Made by a program: the position numbers and the translations under genes
The notes under the pieces: model-generated
Databases searched by the model: none
Seen by the model: the letters and a program-made list of their open reading frames with translations, nothing else
Told to the model about the DNA's origin: nothing
Shown: positions 31,030-32,000 of the stretch, piece by piece
Numbering within the stretch: the stretch's first letter is position 1
Layout: every line of letters begins with the position of its first letter
Assembly (NCBI RefSeq): GCF_001306055.1
Contig: NZ_LGHJ01000016.1
Coordinates: 150,001 to 182,000, forward strand
Direction: 5' to 3'
Origin: Bellilinea caldifistulae
GTDB lineage: Bacteria > Chloroflexota > Anaerolineae > Anaerolineales > Anaerolineaceae
DNA: 32,000 bases

Positions 31030-32000
31030 ATGACCGACCTGATCAGACAATTAACCAGTGACCTTCAAGAAAAAATCGAATCTTATCAGCCGCATCTGGA
31101 AATCCGGAATGTTGGCACGGTGATTGAAGCCGGTGATGGTATTGCTCAGGTAGAAGGACTGGCCGGTGTGCAATCTCAGGAACTGGTGGAGTTTGAGAAT
31201 GGGGTGATGGGGATCGCCTTCAATCTCGAAAAAGATCGGGTTGGCGTTACTATCCTGGGAGATTACCTGACGGTTTCAGAAGGAATGCAGGTCCGCTCCA
31301 CCGGGCGGATTGCCTCGGTGCCAGTTGGAGATGGTCTGATAGGACGGGTAGTTAATGCACTGGGGGAGCCGATTGATGGGAAAGGGCCGATTGTTTTTAA
31401 CCGTTACCGGCCCCTGGAAAGAATTGCGCCCGGTGTGGTGGAACGACAGGATGTGGATACACCGGTACAAACGGGTATCAAAGCCATTGACGCCATGATT
31501 CCGATTGGAAGGGGGCAGCGCGAGTTAATCATTGGTGACCGTCAGACTGGCAAAACTGCCATAGCGATTGATACGATTATCAATCAGAAAGGCAAAAACC
31601 TGATTTGCATTTACGTGGCTATTGGGCAGAAAAAGGCTGCTATTGCGCGAACGATTGCCTTGCTGGAACGCTTTGGGGCGATGGGACATACAATTGTGGT
31701 CATGGCGTCGGCAGACGAACCGGCAGCCATGCAGTATATTGCTCCGTATGCAGGCTGTGCGATTGGTGAAGAGTTTATGGAAACCGGCCGAGATGCGCTG
31801 GTGATTTACGATGACCTTTCCAAACACGCCTGGGCATACCGTCAGATTTCCCTGTTGTTACGGCGTCCGCCAGGACGCGAAGCCTATCCCGGGGATGTGT
31901 TTTACCTGCATTCCCGCCTTCTGGAACGAGCAGCCCGACTGGCGACCCACTACGTGATTGTGCCGAAAACTTATGAAGGGGCAAAAGCCAAAGCCACTGA
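31030..32000 (+). CDS. atpA: F1 ATP synthase alpha subunit, 5' part (runs off the window; absent from the ORF track)
   Basis: SD GGAGG (31021-31025) precedes ATG 31030. My translation gives [16 protein letters not shown], Walker [69 protein letters not shown]. There is no stop before 32000. Confidence 0.93.
   Translation, partial: MTDLIRQLTSDLQEKIESYQPHLEIRNVGTVIEAGDGIAQVEGLAGVQSQELVEFENGVMGIAFNLEKDRVGVTILGDYLTVSEGMQVRSTGRIASVPVGDGLIGRVVNALGEPIDGKGPIVFNRYRPLERIAPGVVERQDVDTPVQTGIKAIDAMIPIGRGQRELIIGDRQTGKTAIAIDTIINQKGKNLICIYVAIGQKKAAIARTIALLERFGAMGHTIVVMASADEPAAMQYIAPYAGCAIGEEFMETGRDALVIYDDLSKHAWAYRQISLLLRRPPGREAYPGDVFYLHSRLLERAARLATHYVIVPKTYEGAKAKAT

Noticed and set aside
31276-31984. Three minus-strand ORFs (64, 100 and 69 aa) at the right end
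   Set aside because: They are antisense shadows of the atpA reading frame, which the ORF track omits only because it has no stop within the window.

Overview
The window holds the right ~24.5 kb of a temperate siphovirus-type prophage, followed by about 7.4 kb of host chromosome. The left end of the prophage lies outside the window. Phage genes run co-oriented on the + strand from 2 to 23593, with many ATGA stop/start overlaps. In order they are: the end of the replication module (an iteron-bearing ORF plus a DnaC/DnaI-like loader), small accessory ORFs, TerS/TerL, portal, a MuF-like head protein, an HK97-gp10-like protein, a protease-scaffold fusion, the major capsid protein, connector proteins, an internally placed lysis cassette, the tail tube, G/GT chaperones with a -1 frameshift, the tape measure, distal tail and fibre genes, and a fibre chaperone. 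A minus-strand tyrosine integrase (23598-24470) abuts the 3' end of tRNA-Val(TAC) at 24540-24613. The host part encodes an FAH-family hydrolase, an OmpR-type response regulator, two convergent sortase-family genes, yebC-ruvC-trmH-ruvA, and the 5' part of atpA. The signals most worth a second look are these. (1) A consensus promoter followed by a ~160-nt leader with duplicated, mutually exclusive pairing segments and a terminator-like helix, just upstream of the protease/capsid genes (7241-7446). (2) An antisense two-TM membrane-protein moron wedged between the tail chaperone and tape-measure genes (14678-14905). (3) A lambda-ori-like iteron array inside a coding frame (16-180). (4) A MuF protein with a nuclease-like C-terminal extension. 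(5) A lysis cassette inserted between the head-completion and tail genes. (6) A promoter-leader-terminator element in front of the host response regulator (25502-25725). No CRISPR array, rRNA, transposase or reverse transcriptase was seen. All functional calls come from motif recognition by eye and no database search was run.
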